Of a stretch of 64,000 bases of DNA, positions 39,428 through 52,694 are shown piece by piece (position 1 is the first letter of the stretch; each line of letters starts with the position of its first letter). Made by a program: the position numbers and the translations under genes. The notes under the pieces are model-generated. The model worked only from the letters and a program-made list of their open reading frames with translations. It ran no database searches and was not told the origin of the DNA. Origin of the DNA: Macrostomum hystrix (taxonomy: Eukaryota > Animalia > Platyhelminthes); NCBI GenBank assembly GCA_950097015.1, contig CATNEN010000001.1:11346001-11410000 (forward strand), in the 5' to 3' direction.

Positions 39428-41983
39428 ATGGCATCAGAGAAGCTCAGCTCCATTTGCGTCGAGCCCGAGTTGGTCGAGGCATTTTCCAACCGCTGTGGCG
39501 AAGCGAAAGCCTGGATCCAGAATTTTCGACAGTTGATTGAGGACTCCGTGCAGTCGGAATTCTCTTCGATAAAGTTTGCCAATTATCTGGTAGGCGCTTT
39601 TGGGATCTGCGATCTAGGATCTGGGATCTAGGATCTGGGATCTAGGATCTGGGATCTAGGATCTGGGATCTAGGATCTGGGATCTAGGATCTGGGATCTA
39701 GGATCTGGGATCTAGGATCTGGGATCTAGGATCTGGGATCTAGGATCTGGGATCTAGGATCTGGGATCTAGGATCTGGGATCTAGGATCTGGGATCTAGG
39801 ATCTGGGATCTAGGATCTGGGATCTAGGATCTGGGATCTAGGATCTGGGATCTAGGATCTGGGATCTAGGATCTGGGATCTAGGATCTGGGATCTAGGAT
39901 CTGGGATCTAGGATCTGGGATCTAGGATCTGGGATCTAGGATCTGGGATCTAGGATCTGGGATCTAGGATCTGGGATCTAGGATCTGGGATCTAGGATCT
40001 GGGATCTAGGATCTGGGATCTAGGATCTGGGATCTAGGATCTGGGATCTAGGATCTGGGATCTAGGATCTGGGATCTAGGATCTGGGATCTAGGATCTGG
40101 GATCTAGGATCTGGGATCTAGGATCTGGGATCTAGGATCTGGGATCTAGGATCTGGGATCTAGGATCTGGGATCTAGGATCTGGGATCTAGGATCTGGGA
40201 TCTAGGATCTGGGATCTAGGATCTGGGATCTAGGATCTGGGATCTAGGATCTGGGATCTAGGATCTGGGATCTAGGATCTGGGATCTAGGATCTCCTCAT
40301 CCCGCAGGACGCTGAGCGCGAACTTCATCGCCGTCTGCCGGAGCTTCGGGCCATCTGTCGGGAAGCTCGCCGCCTGTGTCAGCAGGAGCCCCGGCTTAGC
40401 CCGATGCTGGCAACGGCAGTCAACGAGCTGCAGTCCGCCTGGCTGACTTTGGAGGACCGTCTGGCTGAGCTGAAGCCTGAAAGAAGTCTCATTGTTGGTG
40501 AGAGCTTGGCGGTGAATCAATTCAGTAACTCAGTCGCACCTTTAGTTGAACTTAAAAACGGGCGTGAGATTGAACTTTTAATTCTTTTTACTCAGCATTG
40601 TCTGGCGATCTCAAACACCTACCGGACGCGTGTCGTGGTGAGTAGCTAACTGCATGTTATCCAGCACTGTTTAGCACCTTTAAAACTTTTATTTAACTTG
40701 CTCTACTAAAAGATGAGTTGCAATAAAATTATATTACACATCTTACAGATCAGATTAAATCAACTGGAACCGTTGCAAAAGAAGATTATGGCATCTGCAG
40801 CAGTGATAATTTGAAAGCTAAGATTAAAAACTTGGACACTAAAATACAGGTAATCCACATACTGCGCACCGCTACGAGACACCCACCCCACCGCTACACC
40901 TCTCCAAATCCTCGACTGTCATAACTACACACACCCCACTCCTCAGCAAAATGGCAGCCAATTGCAGCGAATGCTGAATGTGACCTCAACCATCAGCCGG
41001 CTTCTCGATGTTGTCTGCTCCAGCGACCTACTGCACAGTCATCGGTCCGAAGACATGCTCAGTAGCGACTACAGGGCACCCACAGCCACCGGTGTTAAAG
41101 CCAAAGGTTACAAGGTAATTTTTGGCTTTTGCAAATATCCGTTTCCTTCCTAGTTAGAATGGTGTCTAACAGTCTGTCTAACAGGTGACAGTCTCTGTCT
41201 AATAGGTGACAGACTTTGTCTAACAGGTGACAGTCTTTGTCTAACAGGTGACAGTCTTTGTCTAACAGGTGACAGTCTCTGTCTAACAGGTGACAGTCTT
41301 TGTCACACTGGTGACAGTCTCTGTAACCAGTGAATCCGATTCAAAATCCCAAACTTAGCGTCAGCCTCAGCAACAGGAAACCGAGCTGTCAACTTCAAGA
41401 AGCGCGATAACTCTCCAACGACCAGAAGTCGTTTGCGACTTCGGATCCCAAGCCGCGACCGCCAGCAACGCCAGCGCGAAATGCACCCAGCCGTCTGACT
41501 TCGAACTGGACAATTCGCAAGGTCCCAGCGAGGCTATTGTGCAGTGCGGTGAGTGAGAACAGTGAGCAGGCGAGATCTCAGAACTCAGCAATCTAAAGAC
41601 TCACCAATCTCACATCCAGACAACTCAAGCAATTCTTCTAAGACAGTTGGTTTCGGAAATCGCTTCCGACTGTGGCGGGCGACAGTTCGTGACTCTGCCA
41701 CCTCAGACCAATCGAATGCGCCGCGGTTCGGCTGCCTCAGGAAGGTCGAGGCCGCCACCGACCGACCCGAAGCTCTGGCCGTGTCGGCCAGTTCCGCTAG
41801 CGAGCAGCTGCAGCTGCTGGCGATGACGGAGGCGGCTCTCCGCGACTGGCAGGTGGAGCTGGAGGCGCTCCGGCTTCGAGCGGCTCAAGAAGGCGTTGAC
41901 TGCGAGGGCGGCGCCACCCTGAGAACTGCTCAGACTGAGGGTCTGGCCCTGCTCGGCAACTGGGCGGCCTCGCTAAGGGACAG
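39428..41983 (+). CDS. Multi-exon gene with a spectrin-repeat-like N-terminus; exons 39428..39589, 40308..40497, 40596..40637, 40749..40849, 40947..41114, 41371..41548, 41707..41983; 3' end not determined
   Basis: Seven GT-AG exons chain in frame without stops. EAFSNRCGEAKAWI...ERELHRRLPELRAICREARRL...VNELQSAWLTLEDRL fits a spectrin-repeat pattern. Confidence 0.55.
39612..40294. repeat. 13-bp perfect satellite (gatctaggatctgg-type unit), ~52 copies, filling an intron
   Basis: Uninterrupted tandem array between donor 39590 and acceptor 40307. Confidence 0.97.
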
Positions 41984-43196
41984 GTGGGAGACGGGCAAGG
42001 GTGAGAGGACGGGAAGACGGTTAGGTAATGGGGACTTAGGGTATTGCAGGGAACTGTAGGCACTGGCACACAATTTTGAGTCATTGGACCCGCAGCCAGC
42101 GACACGCAATTCTGTCCATTCCGCTCCTGAGCACACACGCACTGGTGCAGTTTGCAGTAACACACTCAAGGCAGCAGTGAAGAGGGAAACGCACAGAACA
42201 AGGATCAAATTAATGTTGAGGAAATTAAAATCACGAGAACGCAGGCCTACAGGCATGCTCTCGGAGACAGAGCTAATTTTTACCTGAGCGCCAATCTTCA
42301 CTCGCCTGCAGATGCTGGCTTCGGAGCACCGAGCTGACCTTCGGCTGCAGCTGAGGAAGTCCCGCAGCCGAGACTGAGCTCATGTGCTCAAGAGGCCGAA
42401 TCGAACATTTGAGTGGCCCAACTTTTGTTTCCAAGTCTGCTTTTTGAGCCAGAATTATACAGAGCATGCGATATCAGTATGGCCTGCGTAACATTGCCTT
42501 CATTTTTTCTGCCACCTCATACGACGAGACCCGACTTCAGTGACTTGTGACTTTTCATGAGAACAGAGGATGCTGATTGGTCAGAGTGGATGCTGATTGG
42601 TCAGAGTGGATGCTGATTGGTCAGAGTGGATGCTGATTGGTCAGAGTGGATGCTGATTGGTCAGAGTGGATGCTGATTGGTCAGAGTGGATGCTGATTGG
42701 TCAGAGTGGAGGCTGATTGGTCAGAGTGGATGCTGATTGGTCAGAGTGGATGCTGATTGGTCAGAGTGGATGCTGATTGGTCAGAGTGGATGCTGATTGG
42801 TAGAATTTGAAAACTTATTTATGGACTGATAATTTAAAAAAGTTTCGGAGTAAACTCATGTACGAGTCGCATTACTTTAAATATCAGTGCAGCATATTAG
42901 TTTTTTGGTGAATGTCACTGACGCTCCAGATGTAAAATTCAAAAGTTAAGCTTTTAACTTAAGCTTTTAACAGCCAGATGCAGACATTGGGCGATAAGAA
43001 TCATAAAAATAGGGCAAGGATTTAAACCAAAATGAAGCAAGTAACCATTTTTAGCCTCGGTTGAGAGCTTACAATTTAGAGTAAACAATATGACGCACGG
43101 TAGATTCGCTCGTAGCTGCTGGTTGCTGGCAGTGATTAGGCAAATGAAATTATTCTAATAAAATTGAGTTGTAGGAAAAACATTGAAAGGAAATGG
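41967..43196. repeat. Right arm of the inverted segmental duplication (partner 30249..32323)
   Basis: Reverse complement match; holds ~12 copies of the CCAAT satellite versus ~55 in the left arm. Confidence 0.93.
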
Positions 43197-44391
43197 AGTT
43201 TCAGGACCGTGTTACACATAGCAGTTTAACTAAATTGTTCGCTAGCTCCGGTTTGAATTATAAAAAGCGAATAAGATCAATAGTGAGATTGTTAACTGTA
43301 GATGCCAAATCTCTCGTCACTGCTGCTTCTTCTCCCCCGGACTTAGCTCCACTGGTTCAGACACCGTCACCTCAGCTTCCAGTACTGCAGGCTATCTTAT
43401 GTTATTTGTTATTATGTACAACACCTTAAATGACGTAACGTATATATAAATAAGTGGGCCATTCTGCAGAATGCTTGTAAATTTAGTTTTTACACATACA
43501 TAAGTATATTTTAATCGATTTACCAATGGAAACTGCGTAGTATATATCTTTGGTAATGTCCACTCTGTTGAATCTGCTCTGTGGTCAATATGTGTCGCTT
43601 ACCTGTAAAAGAAAACATTATAAACTTGTCAAAGTCAGCAATGGTACTTTGTACTTGACTGTACTTAAAAAGTTTGTCATGTTGGAGATCCAAGAACTTG
43701 GCTTGAAGGTCGGTCGACATGAAGTTCAAACATTGAATACTTGGAAGTTATTATCTGAAATAGTTTGGTATCTGTACTTGAAAGTAACTTTAAATTCAAA
43801 ATCAACATCGCAAACTTGCCAAGCTTGTAACAATACTTTGCAGTAATTATTCAAGTATGTCATGCTTAATTTCAAAGTTACTTGTCAAGTTTATCATAAC
43901 ATTTTTTCTCGGGAATTGCTTACCTATTAGTATTGGGCAAATATTATGGCAATATGTTTATGTTTCGCGAGTTGCCACATAGCACATTTGCCACATTGTA
44001 AATTAAATTTCGGTACATTTGGTTGTAGGTATCTTGTATCTCTGTCAGACTTTTCACGGACATGGCAAGGAAGTACGGAAAAAAGTTTTTTTTTCTGGAG
44101 AGCCATTGTCGTTGCCATGGAGGCCTGTTGGCAACGCATGAAAAAGAGAGAAAAGTTTTTTGAATAGTACGGGCATTGAATGATTCTTCCTCTCTGGTGA
44201 GGAAAATATGGCTGTGTAGATTCTAGTAGGATTGGCTGCCAGTTCCAATGTACAGGTTCACTTGCTTCATAGACTTTCCAGTTCATGCATCCTAAACTTA
44301 TCATTTTCCAAACAGTGTCAGTGGCCAGCATGCTAACTCCCGCTGTCTTTACTTAGGAATCTTTCTCACAAAGTGCGCTTGTAACACAATA

Positions 44392-47300
44392 ATGGAAAAA
44401 GGCAAGACAGCTTCTGCAACAAGCCGAAAGGGAACCGGAAGAACCATGAAAGCATCGGCGAAATCCCACCGCTTAAAATCCGCGAACGAAATTGTGCGCC
44501 GTGGAGAGGCAACGGACGAAGGTTCGATCTTTTGACGCTTCAATGCATTGCTGATATTCAGAATTCGAGCACTTCCCGTGCGAAAAGGAACTTAAATTAT
44601 GAATGTGTGTATTATGTTTACCTGTTGCGATTGTCGTCCGATTCACGTTCTGCATGTACGTCATCTCAGGCTCTCTTACATGCCCCAGCGCGCGCTTTAT
44701 TATCGATCGCTCTCACCCCCTCCATTTGGACCCACCTGCGCCAACTCCCATTGCTGTCCTTTCGTCCATTATATCTCATCTCGTTCATGCTCAAGACGTT
44801 CAGGCTCGTTCAGGCTCGCTCGTATGAGAGCCAGTTATACAATAAACTGGTAATGGGCTTTGGTAAATTTTATAAATATTGACAGTATTTGGCGAATCGC
44901 CGAGAAGATTGCCTGGCGGAAAAATGCTTGACTGGAATAAAATATTAAACAAAATCCTTTTTTCAGCACTTCGAGAAACATTTGAACAGCTTTGCCTCGG
45001 AAGAAGCAGCCACCTGCCATTGAACCTGATTGGCGTAGCCCTGCGAATGAACAACCAATGCCCCTCAGAGGCAGAGCTCAGCAAGATTATTGAAGATCAC
45101 AAAGATGTTCTTGATGCTGGTAGGATCTTATGGATTATTCCTATTGGTTTGCAACTTCTTTTTCAAACTAAGTAACTTCAATTTCGCCCGCGGGGAGGGG
45201 ATGCTCGTGTGTACCCCGTTAGTAACTTCTATTTCGCCCGGCGGCTCTCCGGCTGGCGTTAGTAACTTCTATTTCGCCCGGCGGCTCTCCGGGTGGCGTT
45301 AGTAACTTCTATTTCGCCCGGCGGCTCTCCGGGTGGCGTTAGTACTTCGCCCGCGAGACCGGCCTGCCCAAGTTAGAGCAAATCAATTTTTAAAAAGGTA
45401 ACTGCTATTTCGTCTTGCATTTTTTCATCCGGCTTCAAACATTGCATGATGGGCCTGTACTTTCAATATATATTTTTGACAATAAGATGGGAGCTTCAAG
45501 AGCGGCTGGATGTGAAAGTGTCGGCGCTATCCAATTAGTTGACTTTTTTGTGATTCTGTGCTATAGTGCCAAATTCACAGGGCCATAAATCTCTCGACAC
45601 TCGACAGAATTTTTATAATTGCATTGCGGCTGAGTCGGTGGTGGCGTTGGCGAGGATCAAAGGCAAGGACAAAGTCCTTATTTCACAGAGTGGACGCAAA
45701 CACAAATCGCTGTGCTGAAGAGACGAAATAGAAGTTACATTTTGTGAAATTGATTTGCTCTAACTTGGGCAGGCCGGTCTCGCGGACGAAATGGAAGTTA
45801 CTAACGCCAGCCGGAGAGCCACCGTGCGAAATGGAAGTTACTAACGCCAGCCGGAGAGCCACCGTGCGAAATGGAAGTTACTAACGCCAGCCGGAGAGCC
45901 ACCGTGCGAAATGGAAGTTACTAACGCCAGCCGGAGAGCCACCGTGCGAAATGGAAGTTACTAACGCCAGCCGGAGAGCCACCGTGCGAAATGGAAGTTA
46001 CTAACGCCAGCCGGAGAGCCACCGTGCGAAATGGAAGTTACTAACGCCAGCCGGAGAGCCACCGTGCGAAATGGAAGTTACTAACGCCAGCCGGAGAGCC
46101 ACCGTGCGAAATGGAAGTTACTAACGCCAGCCGGAGAGCCACCGTGCGAAATGGAAGTTACTAACGCCAGCCGGAGAGCCACCGTGCGAAATGGAAGTTA
46201 CTAACGCCAGCCGGAGAGCCACCGTGCGAAATGGAAGTTACTAACGCCAGCCGGAGAGCCGCCGTGCGAAATTGAAGTTACTAACGCCAGCCGGAGAGCC
46301 GCCGTGCGAAATGGAAGTTACTAACGCCAGCCGGAGAGCCGCCGTGCGAAATTGAAGTTACTAACGCCAGCCGGAGAGCCGCCGTGCGAAATGGAAGTTA
46401 CTAACGCCAGCCGGAGAGCCGCCGTGCGAAATTGAAGTTACTAACGCCAGCCGGAGAGCCGCCGTGCGAAATTGAAGTTACTAACGCCAGCCGGAGAGCC
46501 GCCGTGCGAAATTGAAGTTACTAACGCCAGCCGGAGAGCCGCCGTGCGAAATTGAAGTTACTAACGCCAGCCGGAGAGCCGCCGTGCGAAATTGAAGTTA
46601 CTAACGCCAGCCGGAGAGCCGCCGTGCGAAATTGAAGTTACTAACGCCAGCCGGAGAGCCGCCGTGCGAAATTGAAGTTACTAACGCCAGCCGGAGAGCC
46701 GCCGTGCGAAATTGAAGTTACTAACGCCAGCCGGAGAGCCGCCGTGCGAAATTGAAGTTACTTAGTTTGAAATAGAAGTTCAAAACCAATACCTTTTACG
46801 GTCTGGAAAGCAACTTTTGATCTTTTGATCTTTGAAGTTGAAGTTGATCCAGACGATTCATTGACTTAAAAATGGTTTTTCGAGCATACGATGTTAATCA
46901 GTGCGCTGTCTCGTCCTTAAACTTCACTTTTAGACGTCGTTCCCGAAATAGACTTTGATGATTTTTGTGCAATCATGCGAGCCAACTGGAGAAGCCGAGA
47001 TCAGCTTTTGGAAGAGATTTCAGGCGCTTTCAGCACCTTTGATCCGGGAGACACAGGGATTATCAGTGCTGATGAATTTCGAACAAGTTTGACAAGTCTG
47101 GGAGAAGTCATCGATGAAGCTGAGGTCACCGAATTGCTGAAGGATGCGAACATGATCGAAGGAAAAATACCGTACTCAGGTGAGACTTGGGGGTCGGTGG
47201 CAGAGCGGATATCGCGTTTGCCTCTCGCACCACGGTCCCTAAGTTCGATTCCACGGCGAGGCCACATTTATTTGTTGCGAAGCCGCCGAGAGAAGGCTTG

Positions 47301-48437
47301 GGGGCTTGTGCAATTTTCGCCCTTGAGGGCCAACCTCCAAGGCACAGTGAGAGTGTAATCTGCCTGACGATAAGAAAGTCAGGGCAGATGTACACACCTG
47401 TGTGAGCGTATGCCTGCGTACAGTATATGTGTGCCTGTGTGCTCAGGAGTCAGCGAAATGGGCAGAATTGCCTCCTCGCTGGCTGCGTGTCTATAGTGTC
47501 TCTAAATGATGTGCCATTGCCCGCAGCCCTCCTGCAATTATTATTTTTTATATTATCAGGTGAGACTTCCAAAATATTTACTTCTTAAAATAATTTAAAT
47601 GGTTTGGATATCATGGTGGACGTGCTTGTTTAACAGTACGAAAACTATTCTGTTATATTTCACACCCTTTCTAGTAGCATGGGAAAATTTAGTTTTAGTA
47701 CCTAAAGAAATTTTTCTGCGCCAGAGTGGAACAACGCAGGCACATGAACTTCAAGAACAGGGCTAACTCTTTGTTGTGCATTTTATAAAACTCAGAGATA
47801 CTCCATGATTCTGACAGAGGTCCACTTTCCCGGAGAGCTAATGCATTCAGCACCGCACCTCAGAACAGCTTTTTCAAGCAATATCTCCAACGCCATCGGC
47901 ATCTCCAAAGGGTGACATCTAAACACCGTAAAAACGAAATATGTGAGATGGCTGAATGGCTGAGAGTCTATAGTCGATGATGCCCAGTGTAGTTCAGTTT
48001 TTTTCAAAGTAGTCCACGCTTGCTTCTGGCGACAAATTCTTTTCGTTCAAAAGATTCGCAGCAAAAGTATTACAGTGCTTCAGAAAATATTTCCCTGCAT
48101 TGCTCTGTTCAGGTAAAACAAAAAATGTCTGGCGAGAAAACTGATAGCAGTAGAAACACCACGGTTGGCTTTCAAATACCCACATCGTTCCTTTTTTGTA
48201 TCTCCCAGAATACTCAATCAATCGCTATAAGAATCCAGAATATGGGCTAATATTTGGTATTTGAAATATCCGAGCTGTTCTACTGGGAGACAAACAGAGA
48301 AGTTGGAAAATACTTGCTTTGACTCCTGGCCTTGTCTTTCAGATCTCATCAGGCTAATGCTGGATGCCTACAGTCGTCCAACGTCAAAGAAGGGTGCAAA
48401 TAAAAAGGCCAGAAGCGGTAGCAGCAGCAGGAAGTGA
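44392..48437 (+). CDS. Calmodulin-like EF-hand protein (~207 aa; calmodulin/centrin/DRC8-like); exons 44392..44521, 44967..45119, 46934..47179, 48343..48437
   Basis: LRETFE...IGVALRMNNQCPSEAELSKII, IDFDDFCAIM, AFSTFDPGDTGIISADEFRTSLTSLGEVIDEAEVTELL...GKIPYSDLI. All introns are phase 1 and the CDS totals 624 nt. Basic N- and C-terminal extensions. Confidence 0.8.
45142..46791. mobile_element. Foldback-type element with long inverted arms built of 40-bp tandem repeats
   Basis: The left arm 45142-~45388 and right arm ~45748-46791 are reverse complements at both outer (tattggttt...caaactaagtaacttcaatttcgc) and inner (cgcgagaccggcctgcccaagttagagcaaatcaattt) ends. About 4 versus 24 copies of the 40-mer. 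Confidence 0.85.
47189..47555 (+). mobile_element. Full-length tRNA-derived SINE with 13-bp target-site duplication
   Basis: tRNA-like head (ggtggcagagcgg ... gttcgattcc), AT-rich tail, TSD tcaggtgagactt at 47176-47188 and 47556-47568. Confidence 0.8.
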
Positions 48438-49136
48438 TGGATTCCCTTGTAGCTTTGAAGTTGAGCGTCAAATGTTTTCTTGACAGTGAGTCGCGACTTT
48501 AAGTAAGCAGTTTGACAACAGAATGCCACTTTTTTCCAATAAATAATAGCACATGACTTGGATGTTTAAGATCTCACAGACAGAGCAATTCATTTGAAAT
48601 AAGCAAACCTCTTCTACATTGAAGTCAAGTCTGGAAGTAAAACAACATACACAAGACTATTTGACGGCCTCAAGATTTTCTTCTTGATAGTTTTGGCTCT
48701 TCACCAAACCATTTTTCTTGTTTTTCGGTTCGCTGATTACGTAGTTTACGACGAATATCCTATGGCGTTGTCACTGTGCTTGCAATATATACTTTTACGG
48801 AGTTAGTTTTATTGCAACAACAATCCACAATGCGCATGATGGCTCACGGAGATTTTCTTGCGTAGAACTTGAATTGTTCCTTGCTTGCCTATCGTTTTTG
48901 CTTATAGTATAGGCTACAGTTCTGTCCCTACGCGCTGGCAATTTCCCTTGCTAATGTATGTCTTATTCGCTTGTCGTCTGATTTGCTACTAGAAGCCGAC
49001 CAATCAGCGCAATTGCAAATAAACGAGTAACTAGGAAACGAGCTAAGCTTAAAGGATATAGCAATTGCAACAACTAATACAGGTTTACTAATGCTAGCTG
49101 AGAATACCAATGCTGCCACACTCCACACTGAGCTCA

Positions 49137-49553
49137 TATGCTCAAGTGGCCGAACCGAGCAAACTTTTTGTCTCCAAGTCTGCTTTTAGAGCCAGAATTA
49201 TACAGAGCATGCGATATCAGTATGGCCTTCATGAGAAGAGTGAATACTGATTGGTCAGAGTGGATGCTGATTGGTCAGAGTGGATGCTGATTGGTCAGGG
49301 TGGGTGCTGATTGGTCAGAGTGGATGCTGATTGGTCAGAGTGGATGCTGATTGGTCAGAGTGGATGCTGATTGGTCAGAGTGGATGCTGATTGGTCAAAG
49401 TGGATGCTGATTGGTCAGGGTGGGTGCTGATTGGTCAAAGTGGATGCTGATTGGTCAGGGTGGGTGCTGATTGGTCAGAGTGGATGCTGATTGGTCAGAG
49501 TGGATGCTGATTGGTCAGAGTGGATGCTGATTGGTCAGAGTAGAGGCTGATTC
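49137..49553. repeat. Partial third copy of the 42.4-42.8 kb block with CCAAT satellite (~15 copies)
   Basis: ccaagtctgctttt.gagccagaattatacagagcatgcgatatcagtatggcct followed by tgctgattggtcagagtgga repeats. Confidence 0.85.
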
Positions 49554-49909
49554 TGGCACAGGAAACTTAGCTTTTTTTGCAATAAAAAACAGCAAACTGC
49601 ATGTCAAAATAATAAGTGACATTCTAAATCAACAATAAAATTAAGGAAGAAAGTGACAGTTAGTAAATAAGAGTTAAGTGTTTCTTACTGACGAAGTAGA
49701 GCTTAACATGGAATTAGTTCTCATTAAGACCATTGTCGTCCGGAATAAACAGAAAGACACTGATAAATCAATAATTAGTTAATTAATTAAACTAAATGAG
49801 CAAGAGTTCGCGCAACACAATTTTGAATACTTTAGAAAAAAAATTTTTGTGTTTCTCAAAAATTCAAAAATTTCTCAGTCAGCTTCAAATTCGAAGCTAT
49901 TTGTTCCAA

Positions 49910-50405
49910 TTTAGTTTCCAAAAATACACGTTAGAAACATGCTAGCCAGCTCAAAGTTAACCAAAAGCAAATAAGAATTCGGGCCCGAACCCACTGACCC
50001 ACACTGCACTGACCCACACTGCACTGACCCACACTGCACTGACCCACACTGCACTGACCCACACTGCACTGACCCACACTGCACTGACCCACACTGCACT
50101 GACCCACACTGCACTGACCCACACTGCACTGACCCACACTGCACTGACCCACACTGCACTGACCCACACTGCACTGACCCACACTGCACTGACCCACACT
50201 GCACTGACCCACACTGCACTGACCCACACTGCACTGACCCACACTGCACTGACCCACACTGCACTGACCCACACTGCACTGACCCACACTGCACTGACCC
50301 ACACTGCACTGACCCACACTGCACTGACCCACACTGCACTGACCCACACTGCACTGACCCACACTGCACTGACCCACACTGCACTGACCCTCACTGCACT
50401 GACCC
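49910..50405. repeat. 15-bp satellite (cactgcactgaccca, ~27 copies) plus ~75-bp unique flank; inverted copy of 17671-18580
   Basis: The flank ttagtttcca...gctagccagctcaaa...aagaattcgggcc matches the reverse complement of 18505-18580. Confidence 0.92.
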
Positions 50406-50589
50406 CTGTAGGTGATGTGTGACCAGTGTTTATTGTTCGCATATAGTTATCATGATCAGTATTGTTCGCAATACTGATCATGAGCAAATCAATCAGAGCA
50501 AATCAAGGCACTCACGCTGCAGTTGTTGATAGTTAATTGAGCCTTTGACCGAGAGGGCATACCTCACTTTCTTACTAACTTAAGCCGAA

Positions 50590-50942
50590 TTTCGTTAACT
50601 TTATCAAATTCCGGTAACTTTATCAAATTCCGTTACCTTTATCAAATTCCGTTAACTTTATCTAATTCCGTTAACTTTTTATAATTCCTTTAAGTTTTTT
50701 TAAAATCCGTTTAAGTTTACTGATTCCGTTAACTTTATATAATTCCGTTAAGTTAATATAATTCCGTTAAATTTTTCCGATTACGTTAACTTTATAAAAT
50801 TCCGTTAACTTTATTAAATTCCGTTAACTGTATCAAATTCCGTTAAGTTTATCAAATTCCGTTAACATTTTATAATTCAGTTAAGTTTATATAATTCCGT
50901 TAAGTTAATATAATTCCATTAAGTTTATATGATTCCGTTAAG
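50590..50942. repeat. Degenerate ~19-bp AT-rich repeat (aattccgttaactttatca)
   Basis: Tandem degenerate copies. Confidence 0.8.
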
Positions 50943-51309
50943 TCTAGCTCAACTTTCGTCCTGTTACCTCTGCTGAAAACAGCAAAAACTGATTCTCTTA
51001 TGAACAGCAAATCTGCTCCAATGAAAGTTTATTTAAACTATGAAAACAGAAAAAGCAGATATATGAAATGCAGATATATACGACATTAAATGTTAGAAAT
51101 TATAAAGCGGTCCAATCAACGTACACCAACGTCAGACACCACAGCATGCTGCATTGTCCAGCGATGAACTGAAAGAAACGCACCGCCACCTTCAGCTTGA
51201 TGACAGGCGAGGACCTCGGCAGCTGTCTTCACTAGCTGTCATGCGGCTTCGGACGGTCTCAGTCTCCGTTTCCATAGAAACTGCATGCGATCGATTTGAT
51301 TTCCTTAGT

Positions 51310-51483
51310 CGCTCCAGCTTCTCCCTGACACAGCGGATCTTCTCCTCATCCTGCGTCTCCATGGCGACGCCTCTCGTCCCTGACGGTCTCCATCTGTCGC
51401 AGGCTGATCTCCGCGTGCTCAACTTGGTCGCTGTAGTGAGCCAGAGTGAGCAGCTCCTCCAAGTCCGGGTCCTCTTGCAGCTC
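51310..51483 (-). pseudogene. Remnant of a third cGLR copy (C-terminal region), frameshifted
   Basis: Encodes ELQEDPDLEELLTLAHYSDQ.EH.E.SL.QMETVRDE, then a 2-nt deletion relative to copy B, then VAMETQDEEKIR.VREK. Cut upstream by a satellite. Confidence 0.85.
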
Positions 51484-52128
51484 CTGTCTCTGAGCTGGGA
51501 CACCTGTCTATGAGCTAGGACACCTGTCTATGAGCTAGGACACCTGCCTATGAGCTGGGACACCTGTCTATGAGCTGGGACACCTGTCTATGAGCTAGGA
51601 CACCTGCCTATGAGCTGGGACACCTGTCTATGAGCTGGGACACCTGTCTATGAGCTGGGACGCCTGTCTATGAGCTGGGACACCTGTCTATGAGCTGGGA
51701 CACCTGTCTATGAGCTGGGACACCTGTCTATAAGCTGGGACACCTGTCTATGAGCTGGGACACCTGTCTATGAGCTGGGACACCTGTCTATGAGCTGGGA
51801 CACCTGTCTATGAGCTAGGACACCTGCCTATGAGCTGGGACACCTGTCTATGAGCTGGGACACCTGTCTATGAGCTGGGACGCCTGTCTATGAGCTGGGA
51901 CACCTGTCTATGAGCTGGGACACCTGTCTATGAGCTGGGACACCTGTCTATAAGCTGGGACACCTGTCTATGAGCTGGGACACCTGTCTATGAGCTGGGA
52001 CACCTGTCTATGAGCTGGGACACCTGTCTATAAGCTGGGACACCTGTCTATGAGCTGGGACACCTGTCTATGAGCTGGGACACCTGTCTATGAGCTGGGA
52101 CGCCTGTCTATGAGCTGGGACACCTGTC
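51484..52128. repeat. 20-bp satellite (tgagctgggacacctgtcta), ~32 copies
   Basis: Tandem array. Confidence 0.97.
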
Positions 52129-52694
52129 TGCCTGCCGTCCGCCAGCCGCAGGTAGGTATCGAACAGTTGCACCATCATCTTCGCGGCAGCCTGGGCTTCA
52201 GTGGGCGTCGAGCTGGGGAGCCGGAGTTACCAGGCTGGTCGGGTCAACCCGAGATTCGCCGCTCTGGCCATCTCCATCGTGAGGCCGGCTTCTGCCGCAC
52301 AGTGGCGTTTCAGCAGGGCGATTCCGCTCCTCGGCTTCGCAACGCACTGACGCAACAACGCAACGCACTCCGAGGTACTTGTCCTGGTCCTGGACCCTTA
52401 GCTCTTGACCCGCAATAGCCACCCAGACATTGTCTTTCCGGTCGAGACGGAAGACGCATTTCCTCTTGTTGAGGCTGAGCAGCCATTCCTCACTCCACCT
52501 GGAACGTCAGCTGTCACGTCAGCACGTCAGCACGTCAGCTGCTTTCAGGACTTCACTGCTAGCTTTATTGAGTCTTCGCCGCTCACCAGACCGACAGAAT
52601 TTCCGAATCTTAGTCGGTCTTTGTGTGGTCTTTGTGCAAGAAGTCGTTACTGAAATTTGGAATAGAAGGGGTTACAGGATCGTGACTGGTTGGC

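Noticed and set aside
45785-46760. Regular 36-50-bp repeats as CRISPR arrays (also 2803-3830 and 8105-8570)
   Set aside because: Units are head-to-tail with no unique spacers, there are no cas genes, and the context is eukaryotic.
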